A stretch of DNA of 64,000 nucleotides from Macrostomum lignano. Taxonomy: Eukaryota. Within the stretch, counting starts at the first letter, position 1; every line of letters begins with the position of its first letter. A program made the position numbers and the translations under genes. A model generated the notes under the pieces. It was not told the DNA's origin, did not search any database, and worked only from the letters and a program-made list of their open reading frames with translations. Shown here in pieces: positions 10,960-24,800 of this stretch. Location of the stretch: positions 1 through 64,000 of the forward strand of contig NIVC01000376.1 in assembly GCA_002269645.1 (NCBI GenBank), in the 5' to 3' direction.

Positions 10960-13900
10960 GGCTGATAGAGAAGATATAGGCAGGCCGTTGATAAAGACAT
11001 AGATGGGCGGCTGATAGAGATAAGATAGACAGAAAGCTGATAAAGAGGAGAAAGGCAGGCGACTGATAGAGACGAGACAGAAAGGCGGCTGATAGAGAGG
11101 AGACAGACAGGCATGGTTGATGGAGAGGAGACAGACAGGCAGCTGATAGAGAGGAGATAGACAGGCATGGTTGATGGAGAGGAGACAGACAGGCAGCTGA
11201 TAGAGAGGAGATAGACAGGCACGGTTGATGGAGAGGAGACAGACAGGCGACTGATAGAGACGAGACAGAAAGGCGGCTGATAGAGAGGAGACAGACAGGC
11301 CGCTGATAGAGAGGAGACAGACAGGCATGGTTGATGGAGAGGAGACAGACAGGCAGCTGATAGAGAGGAGATAGACAGGCATGGTTGATGGAGAGGAGAC
11401 AGACAGGCAGCTGATAGAGAGGAGACAGACAGGCAGCTGATAGAGAGGAGATAGACAGGCATGGTTGATGGAGAGGAGATAGACAGGCAGCTGATAGAGA
11501 GGAGACAGGCAGGCATGGTTGATGGAGAGGAGATAGACAGGCAGCTGATAAAGAGGAGATAGACAGGCAGCTGATAGAGAGGAGACAGACAGGCCGCTGA
11601 TAGAGAGGAGATAGACAGGCAGCTGATAGAGAGGAGACAGACAGGCGACTGATAGAGACGAGACAGAAAGGCGGCTGATAGAGAGGAGACAGACAGGCGA
11701 CTGATAGAGACGAGACAGAAAGGCGGCTGATAGAGAGGAGACAGACAGGCGACTGATAGAGACGAGACAGAAAGGCGGCTGATAGAGAGGAGACAGACAG
11801 GCCGCTGATAGAGAGGAGACAGACAGGCATGGTTGATGGAGAGGAGACAGACAGGCAGCTGATAGAGAGGAGATAGACAGGCATGGTTGATGGAGAGGAG
11901 ATAGACAGGTAGCTGATAGAGAGGAGACAGACAGGCCGCTGATAGAGAGGAGACAGACAAGCACGGCTGATAGAGAGGAGATAGACTGGCAGGCTTCTGA
12001 TAGAGAGGAGATAGACTGGCAGGCTTCTGAAAGAGAGGAGATAGACAGGCCGCTGATAGAGAGGAGACAGGCAGGCGGCTGATAGAGAGGAGATAGACAA
12101 GCGGCTGATAGAGAGGAGACGGGTGGCTCATGGAGAGGAGACGGGTGGCTCATAGAGAGGAGACGTGCGGCTGATAGAGAGGAGAAAGGCAGGCGACTGA
12201 TAGAGAGGAGACAGAAAGGCGGCTGATAGAGAGGAGATAGACAGGCCGCTGATAGAGAGGAGATAGACAGGCCGCTGATAGAGAGGAGACGGGCGGCTGA
12301 TAGAGAGGAGACGGGCGGCTGATAGAGAGGAGACGGGCGGCTGATAGAATGGAGATAGACAGAAAGCTGATAAAGAGGAGACAGGCAGGCGGCTGATAGA
12401 GAGGAGACAAGCCGCTGATAGAGAGGAGACGGGCGGCTGATAGAGAGGAGACAGGCAGCTGATAGAGAGGAGACAGACAGGCACGGCTGATAGAGAGGAG
12501 ATAGACAAGCGGCTGATAGAGAGGAGATAGACAGGCAGCTGATAGAGAGTAGACAGGCAGGCGGCTGATAGAGAGGAGACAGACAGGCAGCTGATAGAGA
12601 GGAGATAGACAGGCCGCTGATAGAGAGGAGACAGACAGGCAGCTGATAGAGAGGAGATAGACAGGCCGCTGATAGAGAGGAGACAGGCAGGCGGCTGATA
12701 GAGAGGAGACAGGCCGCTGATAGAGAGGAGATAGACAAGCGGCTGATAGAGAGGAGACGGGCGGCTGATATAGAGGAGACAGGCCGCTGATAGAGAGGAG
12801 ACAGACAGGCCGCTGATAGAGAGGAGATAGACAGGCATGGTTGATGGAGAGGAGACAGGCAGGCGGCTGATAGAGAGGAGACAGACAGGCAGCTGATAGA
12901 GAGGAGATAGACAGGCATGGTTGATGGAGAGGAGATAGACAGGCAGCTGATAGAGAGGAGACAGGCAGGCATGGTTGATGGAGAGGAGATAGACAGGCAG
13001 CTGATAAAGAGGAGATAGACAGGCAGCTGATAGAGAGGAGACAGACAGGCCGCTGATAGAGAGGAGATAGACAGGCAGCTGATAGAGAGGAGACAGACAG
13101 GCGACTGATAGAGACGAGACAGAAAGGCGGCTGATAGAGAGGAGACAGACAGGCGACTGATAGAGACGAGACAGAAAGGCGGCTGATAGAGAGGAGACAG
13201 ACAGGCGACTGATAGAGACGAGACAGAAAGGCGGCTGATAGAGAGGAGACAGACAGGCCGCTGATAGAGAGGAGACAGACAGGCATGGTTGATGGAGAGG
13301 AGACAGACAGGCAGCTGATAGAGAGGAGATAGACAGGCATGGTTGATGGAGAGGAGATAGACAGGTAGCTGATAGAGAGGAGACAGACAGGCCGCTGATA
13401 GAGAGGAGACAGACAAGCACGGCTGATAGAGAGGAGATAGACTGGCAGGCTTCTGATAGAGAGGAGATAGACTGGCAGGCTTCTGAAAGAGAGGAGATAG
13501 ACAGGCCGCTGATAGAGAGGAGACAGGCAGGCGGCTGATAGAGAGGAGATAGACAAGCGGCTGATAGAGAGGAGACGGGTGGCTCATGGAGAGGAGACGG
13601 GTGGCTCATAGAGAGGAGACGTGCGGCTGATAGAGAGGAGAAAGGCAGGCGACTGATAGAGACGAGACAGAAAGGCGGCTGATAGAGAGGAGATAGACAG
13701 GCCGCTGATAGAGAGGAGATAGACAGGCCGCTGATAGAGAGGAGACGGGCGGCTGATAGAGAGGAGACGGGCGGCTGATAGAGAGGAGACGGGCGGCTGA
13801 TAGAATGGAGATAGACAGAAAGCTGATAAAGAGGAGACAGGCAGGCGGCTGATAGAGAGGAGACAAGCCGCTGATAGAGAGGAGACGGGCGGCTGATAGA

Positions 13901-15910
13901 GAGGAGACAGGCAGCTGATAGAGAGGAGACAGACAGGCACGGCTGATAGAGAGGAGATAGACAAGCGGCTGATAGAGAGGAGATAGACAGGCAGCTGATA
14001 GAGAGTAGACAGGCAGGCGGCTGATAGAGAGGAGACAGACAGGCAGCTGATAGAGAGGAGATAGACAGGCCGCTGATAGAGAGGAGACAGACAGGCAGCT
14101 GATAGAGAGGAGATAGACAGGCCGCTGATAGAGAGGAGACAGGCAGGCGGCTGATAGAGAGGAGACAGGCCGCTGATAGAGAGGAGATAGACAAGCGGCT
14201 GATAGAGAGGAGACGGGCGGCTGATATAGAGGAGACAGGCCGCTGATAGAGAGGAGACAGACAGGCCGCTGATAGAGAGGAGATAGACAGGCATGGTTGA
14301 TGGAGAGGAGACAGGCAGGCGGCTGATAGAGAGGAGATAGACAGGCAGCTGATAGAGAGGAGATAGACAGGCAGCTGATAGAGAGGAGATAGACAGGCAT
14401 GGTTGATGGAGAGGAGACGGGCGGCTGATAGAGAGGAGACAGGCAGCTGATAGAGAGGAGACGGGTGGCTGATAGAATGGAGATAGACAGAAAGTTGATA
14501 AAGAGGAGACAGGCAGGCGGCTGATAGAGAGGAGACAAGCGGCTGATAGAGAGGAGACGGGCGGCTGATAGAGAGGAGACAGACAAGCACGGCTGATAGA
14601 GAGGAGACAGACAGGCCGCTGATAGAGATGAGACAGACAAGCACGGCTGATAGAGAGGAGATAGACTGGCAGGCTTCTGATAGAGAGGAGATAGACTGGC
14701 AGGCTTCTGAAAGAGAGGAGATAGACAGGCCGCTGATAGAGAGGAGACAGGCAGGCGGCTGATAGAGAGGAGATAGACAAGCGGCTGATAGAGAGGAGAC
14801 GGGTGGCTCATAGAGAGGAGACGTGCGGCTGATAGAGAGGAGAAAGGCAGGCGACTGATAGAGACGAGACAGAAAGGCGGCTGATAGAGAGGAGATAGAC
14901 AGGCCGCTGATAGAGAGGAGACAGACAGGCCGCTGATAGAGAGGAGACAGACAGGCGACTGATAGAGACGAGACAGAAAGGCGGCTGATAGAGAGGAGAC
15001 AGACAGGCGACTGATAGAGACGAGACAGAAAGGCGGCTGATAGAGAGGAGACAGACAGGCGACTGATAGAGACGAGACAGAAAGGCGGCTGATAGAGAGG
15101 AGATAGACAGGCCGCTGATAGAGAGGAGACAGACAGGCCGCTGATAGAGAGGAGACAGACAGGCGACTGATAGAGACGAGACAGAAAGGCGGCTGATAGA
15201 GAGGAGACAGACAGGCGACTGATAGAGACGAGACAGAAAGGCGGCTGATAGAGAGGAGACAGACAGGCGACTGATAGAGAGGAGACGGGCGGCTGATAGA
15301 GAGGAGACGGGCGGCTGATAGAGAGGAGACGGGCGGCTGATAGAGAGGAGACGGGTGGCTGATAGAGGGGAGACGGGCGGCTGATAGAGAGGAGACAGGC
15401 AGCTGATAGAGAGGAGACGGGTGGCTGATAGAGAGGAGACGGGCGGCTGATAGAATGGAGATAGACAGAAAGCTGATAAAGAGGAGACAGGCAGGCGGCT
15501 GATAGAGAGGAGACAAGCGGCTGATAGAGAGGAGACGGGCGGCTGATAGAGAGGAGACAGACAAGCACGGCTGATAGAGAGGAGACAGACAGGCCGCTGA
15601 TAGAGATGAGACAGACAAGCACGGCTGATAGAGAGGAGATAGACTGGCAGGCTTCTGATAGAGAGGAGATAGACTGGCAGGCTTCTGAAAGAGAGGAGAT
15701 AGACAGGCCGCTGATAGAGAGGAGACAGGCAGGCGGCTGATAGAAAGGAGATAGACAAGCGGCTGATAGAGAGGAGACGGGTGGCTCATAGAGAGGAGAC
15801 GTGCGGCTGATAGAGAGGAGACGGGCGGCTGATAGAGAGGAGACGGGCGGCTGATAGAGAGGAGACGGGCGGCTGATAGAGAGGAGACGGGCGGCTGATG
15901 GAGAGATAGA
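10960..15910. repeat. GA-rich compound minisatellite (core GCTGATAGAGAGGAGA plus variable linker, ~22-35-bp units) with kb-scale duplications
   Basis: The core recurs well over 100 times. All long minus-strand ORFs here are repeat translations. Confidence 0.95.
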
Positions 15911-16454
15911 GAGGCCGTTAACGTAGACTATGAATACAAAGTCAATAATTAGAAGCAAAATTTTTAAGCGTTTTGCGAAGGCAGCAGTAATCCGGATGTC
16001 CGATCTCGAAACGATGTTGCAGATGTCAGTTGATATTGATGAGCCTTGAAAATCAAATGTCTAACGTAGCTAGGGCCAATTGGTTTTTAACCTGATTCAA
16101 ATATTTTAAACGCATGAATGGACGTTGGAAAGTTGATTGGTGCCGCAGGAAAGCAAACAGAAACAGCCAATCCTCATGACTGCGCAAGGAATTCGGCTAA
16201 CCAATGACAGCACGAGGAAAACTGGTCATGTCTGCGTAGGCCTAATTTTGTCCTCGTCGTTCAGTTTTTGAAATCTGGATGAAAGAACTTTAGATGGGAA
16301 TTATCCATCTCTCACTCTGGCCACATCTATATGTAGCGCTTTTTTATTTACAGTAGGAATCCCAAATTCTGGATCAGCCAAAGGATTTTTTATGCTTAAA
16401 TCTGCTGACACTGGGACTAGAATAAGCCAGCGGATCCTTTCTCCCTATCCACTC

Positions 16455-16710
16455 CTTTTCCATCCGCCCCTTCCTCTGCATCCGCCCCTTCCTCTGCATC
16501 CGCCCTTCCTCTGCATCCGCCCTTCCTCTGCATCCGCCCCTTCCTCTGCATCCGCCCTTCCTCTGCATCCGCCCCTTCCTCTGCATCCGCCCTTCCTCTG
16601 ATTCCATCCCTTCCTCTTCATCCATCCCTTCCTCTTCATCCATCCCTTCCTCTGCATCTGCCCCTTCCTCTGCATCCGCCCCTTCCTCTGCATCCGCCTC
16701 TTCCTCTCCA
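16455..16710. repeat. 18/19-bp minisatellite
   Basis: (CCTTCCTCTGCATCCGCC[C])n. Confidence 0.9.
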
Positions 16711-17486
16711 TCTGCTTTTTTCTTTCCATCTGCTCCTTCTAAAAATAAATATCAAAATTGAGCAACAGGAGTATGAACGGGATGCTGCATGCAAAGCATG
16801 GATTTATCTCTCTCGCTTCATTGCGGTCGCTATATAGGCCATATTATTTATTTACTTCGTGGAAAGGGCGTGAAGTTATGACATAATGCTTCTGGCGCTT
16901 CGTTAGGCCCATCATGTCTAAAATGTGCACGAATTGGTTCCAGGCTCACCACGAAGTGCGAAAACAAACCGAATTTTGCAAAACAGTCGATAGTCAGAGA
17001 TAAGGATAGGTGGATCATGCCGCCTATTGCCTCAGAAAAGGCCCAGGGTCTGGGATTCTAGACAATAGACCAATACTTGACTATTGGGTGCGAAAAATCG
17101 TGCTTAGAATTTTAGCCTAATCCTACGGACTTAAAATGTGCGAATTTAAATTCGGTTCCCAGTAAAAATGAATTAATAGACACAGCCCTTATCGCAAACC
17201 GTCTGTCACCCAATTTTTCGCACCTACGAGTAAAAAGTAACTCGAAAATCGGCTCAATTCGCACACGTTGTCTATGTTTTGGCACGGGTGTGAAGATGGA
17301 ATTGCCCAAGGCAGCTTCGGCCACTCATCAATTCGTAAAAAGACTGAAAGATTTCATACTTTTTGTTTGCGTAAAAGTTTGCCTACTTTTTGTGGGGCCC
17401 TCTTAGGTAAGATTTTAGATAAGCTAAGGTCAAAGTGATTAGATTGGATCCAAAAGCACCTTTGAGTATATAAAAGCTATAGCTAG

Positions 17487-20400
17487 CTAGTCTCTTCATC
17501 AAACCGGCTGATTCCTTCGCTAGTCTCTTCATCAAACCGGCTGATTCCTTCGCTAGTCTCTTCATCAAACCGGCTGATTCCTTCTCTAACTGTCTCTGTG
17601 TGTCCCAGCACCTGAGTCTATCATGAATTCAGAATGAGCTGAGTTTGGCCTAGCTCAGCATTTTCACTCAAACACAGAGGACTTGAGAGCCGCTATAATC
17701 TTCATCAAACCGGCTGATTCCTTCTCTAACTGTCTCTGTGTGTCCCAGCACCTGAGTCTATCATGAATTCAGAATGAGCTGAGTTTGGCCTAGCTCAGCA
17801 TTTTCACTCAAACACAGAGAGGACTTGAGAGCCGCTATAATCTTCATCAAACCGGCTGATTCCTTCTCTAACTGTCTCTGTGTGTCCCAGCACCTGAGTC
17901 TATCATGAATTCAGAATGAGCTGAGTTTGGCCTAGCTCAGCATTTTCACTCAAACACAGAGAGGACTTGAGAGCCGCTATAATCTTCATCAAACCGGCTG
18001 ATTCCTTCTCTAACTGTCTCTGTGTGTCCCAGCACCTGAGTCTATCATGAATTCAGAATGAGCTGAGTTTGGCCTAGCTCAGCATTTTCACTCAAACACA
18101 GAGAGGACTTGAGAGCCGCTATAATCTTCATCAAACCGGCTGATTCCTTCTCTAACTGTCTCTGTGTGTCCCAGCACCTGAGTCTATCATGAATTCAGAA
18201 TGAGCTGAGTTTGGCCTAGCTCAGCATTTTCACTCAAACACAGAGAGGACTTGAGAGCCGCTATAATCTTCATCAAACCGGCTGATTCCTTCTCTAACTG
18301 TCTCTGTGTGTCCCAGCACCTGAGTCTATCATGAATTCAGAATGAGCTGAGTTTGGCCTAGCTCAGCATTTTCACTCAAACACAGAGAGGACTTGAGAGC
18401 CGCTATAATCTTCATCAAACCGGCTGATTCCTTCTCTAACTGTCTCTGTGTGTCCCAGCACCTGAGTCTATCATGAATTCAGAATGAGCTGAGTTTGGCC
18501 TAGCTCAGCATTTTCACTCAAACACAGAGAGGACTTGAGAGCCGCTATAATCTTCATCAAACCGGCTGATTCCTTCTCTAACTGTCTCTGTGTGTCCCAG
18601 CACCTGAGTCTATCATGAATTCAGAATGAGCTGAGTTTGGCCTAGCTCAGCATTTTCACTCAAACACAGAGAGGACTTGAGAGCCGCTATAATCTTCATC
18701 AAACCGGCTGATTCCTTCTCTAACTGTCTCTGTGTGTCCCAGCACCTGAGTCTATCATGAATTCAGAATGAGCTGAGTTTGGCCTAGCTCAGCATTTTCA
18801 CTCAAACACAGAGAGGACTTGAGAGCCGCTATAATCTTCATCAAACCGGCTGATTCCTTCTCTAACTGTCTCTGTGTGTCCCAGCACCTGAGTCTATCAT
18901 GAATTCAGAATGAGCTGAGTTTGGCCTAGCTCAGCATTTTCACTCAAACACAGAGGACTTGAGAGCCGCTATAATCTTCATCAAACCGGCTGATTCCTTC
19001 TCTAACTGTCTCTGTGTGTCCCAGCACCTGAGTCTATCATGAATTCAGAATGAGCTGAGTTTGGCCTAGCTCAGCATTTTCACTCAAACACAGAGAGGAC
19101 TTGAGAGCCGCTATAATCTTCATCAAACCGGCTGATTCCTTCTCTAACTGTCTCTGTGTGTCCCAGCACCTGAGTCTATCATGAATTCAGAATGAGCTGA
19201 GTTTGGCCTAGCTCAGCATTTTCACTCAAACACAGAGAGGACTTGAGAGCCGCTATAATCTTCATCAAACCGGCTGATTCCTTCTCTAACTGTCTCTGTG
19301 TGTCCCAGCACCTGAGTCTATCATGAATTCAGAATGAGCTGAGTTTGGCCTAGCTCAGCATTTTCACTCAAACACAGAGAGGACTTGAGAGCCGCTATAA
19401 TCTTCATCAAACCGGCTGATTCCTTCTCTAACTGTCTCTGTGTGTCCCAGCACCTGAGTCTATCATGAATTCAGAATGAGCTGAGTTTGGCCTAGCTCAG
19501 CATTTTCACTCAAACACAGAGAGGACTTGAGAGCCGCTATAATCTTCATCAAACCGGCTGATTCCTTCTCTAACTGTCTCTGTGTGTCCCAGCACCTGAG
19601 TCTATCATGAATTCAGAATGAGCTGAGTTTGGCCTAGCTCAGCATTTTCACTCAAACACAGAGAGGACTTGAGAGCCGCTATAATCTTCATCAAACCGGC
19701 TGATTCCTTCTCTAACTGTCTCTGTGTGTCCCAGCACCTGAGTCTATCATGAATTCAGAATGAGCTGAGTTTGGCCTAGCTCAGCATTTTCACTCAAACA
19801 CAGAGAGGACTTGAGAGCCGCTATAATCTTCATCAAACCGGCTGATTCCTTCTCTAACTGTCTCTGTGTGTCCCAGCACCTGAGTCTATCATGAATTCAG
19901 AATGAGCTGAGTTTGGCCTAGCTCAGCATTTTCACTCAAACACAGAGAGGACTTGAGAGCCGCTATAATCTTCATCAAACCGGCTGATTCCTTCTCTAAC
20001 TGTCTCTGTGTGTCCCAGCACCTGAGTCTATCATGAATTCAGAATGAGCTGAGTTTGGCCTAGCTCAGCATTTTCACTCAAACACAGAGAGGACTTGAGA
20101 GCCGCTATAATCTTCATCAAACCGGCTGATTCCTTCTCTAACTGTCTCTGTGTGTCCCAGCACCTGAGTCTATCATGAATTCAGAATGAGCTGAGTTTGG
20201 CCTAGCTCAGCATTTTCACTCAAACACAGAGGACTTGAGAGCCGCTATAATCTTCATCAAACCGGCTGATTCCTTCTCTAACTGTCTCTGTGTGTCCCAG
20301 CACCTGAGTCTATCATGAATTCAGAATGAGCTGAGTTTGGCCTAGCTCAGCATTTTCACTCAAACACAGAGAGGACTTGAGAGCCGCTATAATCTTCATC

Positions 20401-20778
20401 AAACCGGCTGATTCCTTCTCTAACTGTCTCTGTGTGTCCCAGCACCTGAGTCTATCATGAATTCAGAATGAGCTGAGTTTGGCCTAGCTCAGCATTTTCA
20501 CTCAAACACAGAGGACTTGAGAGCCGCTATAATCTTCATCAAACCGGCTGATTCCTTCTCTAACTGTCTCTGTGTGTCCCAGCACCTGAGTCTATCATGA
20601 ATTCAGAATGAGCTGAGTTTGGCCTAGCTCAGCATTTTCACTCAAACACAGAGGACTTGAGAGCCGCTATAATCTTCATCAAACCGGCTGATTCCTTCTC
20701 TAACTGTCTCTGTGTGTCCCAGCACCTGAGTCTATCATGAATTCAGAATGAGCTGAGTTTGGCCTAGCTCAGCATTTT
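17487..20778. repeat. 142-bp satellite, about 22-23 near-identical copies, preceded by three 33-bp subunits
   Basis: TCTTCATCAAAC starts at 17699, 17841 and 17983 (period 142; 140 where one AG is lost). One GAATTC per unit. Confidence 0.97.
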
Positions 20779-21085
20779 AACTTTAAAATACAGAAACCAT
20801 TTCGCTCTTTCGCGTAATTGACCAGAACAACCAATTAGGGCTAATTACGGTAGTTAGTAATTGATAGCCATAAATCTAGGATGAGTTCTAAGAGAAAATT
20901 AGGAGTTTAGGTACAAATTAGAGTTTATTAAGTTATGTAGATATGTATCTTCAATTACTAATCTTTAAACAAGGTGTTTTAGGCCTATACGAGGCCTACG
21001 TTTTGCTTTAGGCCCTAGTGACTGAAATTTCCGATAGGCCAAATGTATATTTTCTTTCGATATGCCCATTAATGTTGGTTCTATT

Positions 21086-21362
21086 TAGTGGCGGTGCAGC
21101 ATTGGCGGTGCGCAGTGGCGGCGATGCTGATTAAGGTAAATTCTGTGGATTAAGGGGGGAGGGGCGGTGGTTGGGTTTTCAAACCCCTCCCTCAGCGAAT
21201 TTTTAAAATTAGAGTATACGCTATAATCTCACAAAAACGCATACAACGAGCGCTAAAAAACTAATGGTGGGTCACCCCATGGAAGGATGGTAGGGTGGTC
21301 TTAGGAGGGTGGTCACCCGGGGGCAGCAGCCCTCTCTGCCCCCCAACTTGGCGCCGCCACTG
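21086..21362. mobile_element. hAT-type MITE (277 bp)
   Basis: Ends TAGTGGCGG...CCGCCACTG. Flanks GTTCTATT (21078-85) and GTTGTATT (21363-70) form a 7/8-matching 8-bp TSD, typical of hAT. Confidence 0.65.
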
Positions 21363-21809
21363 GTTGTATTGATGAGGCCTAGGCCGACGTACGCGCAATG
21401 GTCCTAGTTCTGCGCAAAAATAAGGATATGGAGCCTGGCTGTGGCATGTGAATGTGAGAATTCGCGTTAGTCATCCAAGAGTAAAAATTCGCGGTCTGGT
21501 TCCTATTGGCTGGTTTGAAATCCCACAGCTCAAGTAGGTTGACTCTTACATTGGTAGGCCTAGGATTTCCTCACTACAGGCCAGCTTTTAAGCTAGGCAT
21601 AGGCTAGCTCTAAGAAGGCTAGGCCCTGAGTATTTATCCAAGTCTTGTTATCATTTAGGCCATTTTGGAAATATATCTAGCTGTAGTAAAGCTCTTGAGT
21701 AACGCCTATCAATTGACAACCAGCTTTTAAGGTAAAGTACATTAAACTTTTACAATAATATCAAACCTATTTTCCATTCAATTTTCAAAAAACAGGCTTA
21801 CAGGGAGTC

Positions 21810-24800
21810 TGTCTATCAATCTACTTGGATCAAGGGTGCCTCTCTAACTGCTTCTGTCTATCAATCTACTTGGATCAAGGGCGCCCCTCTAACTGCTTCT
21901 GTCCATCAATCTACATGTATGAAGGGCGCCTCTCTAACTGCTTCTGTCCATCAATCTACATGTATGAAGGGCGCCTCTCTAACTGCTTCTGTCTATCAAT
22001 CTACTTGGATCAAGGGTGCCTCTCTAACTGCTTCTGTCCATCAATCTACATGTATGAAGGGCGCTTCTCTAACTGCGAATTCTGTCCATCAATCCACATG
22101 TATGAATGGCGCCTCTCTAACTGCTTCTGTCCATCAATCTACATGTATGAAGGGCGCCTCTCTAACTGCTTCTGTCCATCAATCTACATGTATGAAGGGC
22201 GCTTCTCTAACTGCGAATTCTGTCCATCAATCTACATGTATGAATGGCGCCTCTCTAACTGCTTCTGTCCATCAATCTACTTGTATGAAGGGCGCCTCTC
22301 TAACTGCTTCTGTCTATCAATCTACTTGGATCAAGGGTGCCTCTCTAACTGCTTCTGTCTATCAATCTACTTGGATCAAGGGCGCCCCTCTAACTGCTTC
22401 TGTCCATCAATCTACATGTATGAAGGGCGCCTCTCTAACTGCTTCTGTCCATCAATCTACATGTATGAAGGGCGCCTCTCTAACTGCTTCTGTCTATCAA
22501 TCTACTTGGATCAAGGGTGCCTCTCTAACTGCTTCTGTCCATCAATCTACATGTATGAAGGGCGCTTCTCTAACTGCGAATTCTGTCCATCAATCCACAT
22601 GTATGAATGGCGCCTCTCTAACTGCTTCTGTCCATCAATCTACATGTATGAAGGGCGCCTCTCTAACTGCTTCTGTCCATCAATCTACATGTATGAAGGG
22701 CGCTCTCTAACTGCGAATTCTGTCCATCAATCTACATGTATGAATGGCGCCTCTCTAACTGCTTCTGTCCATCAATCTACTTGTATGAAGGGCGCCTCTC
22801 TAACTGCTTCTGTCTATCAATCTACTTGTATGAAGGGCGCCTCTCTAACTGCTTCTGTCTATCAATCTACTTGTATGAAGGGCGCCTCTCTAACTGCTTC
22901 TGTCCATCAATCTACTTGTATGAAGGGCGCCTCTCTAACTGCTTCTGTCCATCAATCTACATGTATGAATGGCGCCTCTCTAACTGCTTCTGTCTATCAA
23001 TCTACTTGTATGAAGGGCGCCTCTCTAACTGCTTCTGTCCATCAATTTACATGTATGAAGGGCGCCTCTCTAACTGCTTCTGTCCATCAATCTACTTGTA
23101 TGAAGGGCGCCTCTCTAACTGCTTCTGTCTATCAATCTACTTGTATGAAGGGCGCCTCTCTAACTGCTTCTCTCTATCAATCTACTTGTATGAAGGGCGC
23201 CTCTCTAACTGCTTCTGTCTATCAATCTACTTGTATGAAGGGCGCCTCTCTAACTGCTTCTGTCTATCAATCTACATGTATGAAGGGCGCCTCTCTAACT
23301 GCTTCTGTCCATCAATCTACATGTATGAAGGGCGCCTCTCTAACTGCTTCTGTCTATCAATCTACTTGGATCAAGGGTGCCTCTCTAACTGCTTCTGTCC
23401 ATCAATCTACATGTATGAAGGGCGCTTCTCTAACTGCGAATTCTGTCCATCAATCCACATGTATGAATGGCGCCTCTCTAACTGCTTCTGTCCATCAATC
23501 TACATGTATGAAGGGCGCCTCTCTAACTGCTTCTGTCCATCAATCTACATGTATGAAGGGCGCTTCTCTAACTGCGAATTCTGTCCATCAATCTACATGT
23601 ATGAATGGCGCCTCTCTAACTGCTTCTGTCCATCAATCTACTTGTATGAAGGGCGCCTCTCTAACTGCTTCTGTCTATCAATCTACTTGTATGAAGGGCG
23701 CCTCTCTAACTGCTTCTGTCTATCAATCTACTTGTATGAAGGGCGCCTCTCTAACTGCTTCTGTCCATCAATCTACTTGTATGAAGGGCGCCTCTCTATC
23801 TGCTTCTGTCCATCAATCTACATGTATGAATGGCGCCTCTCTAACTGCTTCTGTCTATCAATCTACTTGTATGAAGGGCGCCTCTCTAACTGCTTCTGTC
23901 CATCAATTTACATGTATGAAGGGCGCCTCTCTAACTGCTTCTGTCCATCAATCTACTTGTATGAAGGGCGCCTCTCTAACTGCTTCTGTCTATCAATCTA
24001 CTTGTATGAAGGGCGCCTCTCTAACTGCTTCTGTCCATCAATCTACATGTATGAATGGCGCCTCTCTAACTGCTTCTGTCCATCAATCTACTTGTATGAA
24101 GGGCGCCTCTCTAACTGCTTCTGTCTATCAATCTACTTGGATCAAGGGCGCCCCTCTAACTGCTTCTGTCCATCAATCTACATGTATGAAGGGCGCCTCT
24201 CTAACTGCTTCTGTCCATCAATCTACATGTATGAAGGGCGCCTCTCTAACTGCTTCTGTCTATCAATCTACTTGGATCAAGGGTGCCTCTCTAACTGCTT
24301 CTGTCCATCAATCTACATGTATGAAGGGCGCTTCTCTAACTGCGAATTCTGTCCATCAATCCACATGTATGAATGGCGCCTCTCTAACTGCTTCTGTCCA
24401 TCAATCTACATGTATGAAGGGCGCCTCTCTAACTGCTTCTGTCCATCAATCTACATGTATGAAGGGCGCTTCTCTAACTGCGAATTCTGTCCATCAATCT
24501 ACATGTATGAATGGCGCCTCTCTAACTGCTTCTGTCCATCAATCTACTTGTATGAATGGCGCCTCTCTAACTGCTTCTGTCCATCAATCTACTTGTATGA
24601 AGGGCGCCTCTCTAACTGCTTCTGTCTATCAATCTACTTGGATCAAGGGCGCCCCTCTAACTGCTTCTGTCCATCAATCTACATGTATGAAGGGCGCCTC
24701 TCTAACTGCTTCTGTCCATCAATCTACATGTATGAAGGGCGCCTCTCTAACTGCTTCTGTCTATCAATCTACTTGTATGAATGGCGCCTCTCTAACTGCT

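Noticed and set aside
10860-15958. ORFs of 316-1276 aa on the minus strand
   Set aside because: They are translations of the GA-rich minisatellite, overlap in several frames, and have no non-repetitive domain.
17556-20778. CRISPR array or satellite hammerhead ribozyme in the 142-bp repeat
   Set aside because: There are no unique spacers and no cas genes. On the minus strand GAAA-AUG...CAU-UC mimics hammerhead stem III, but the core is UUGAUGA and stems I and II cannot be formed.
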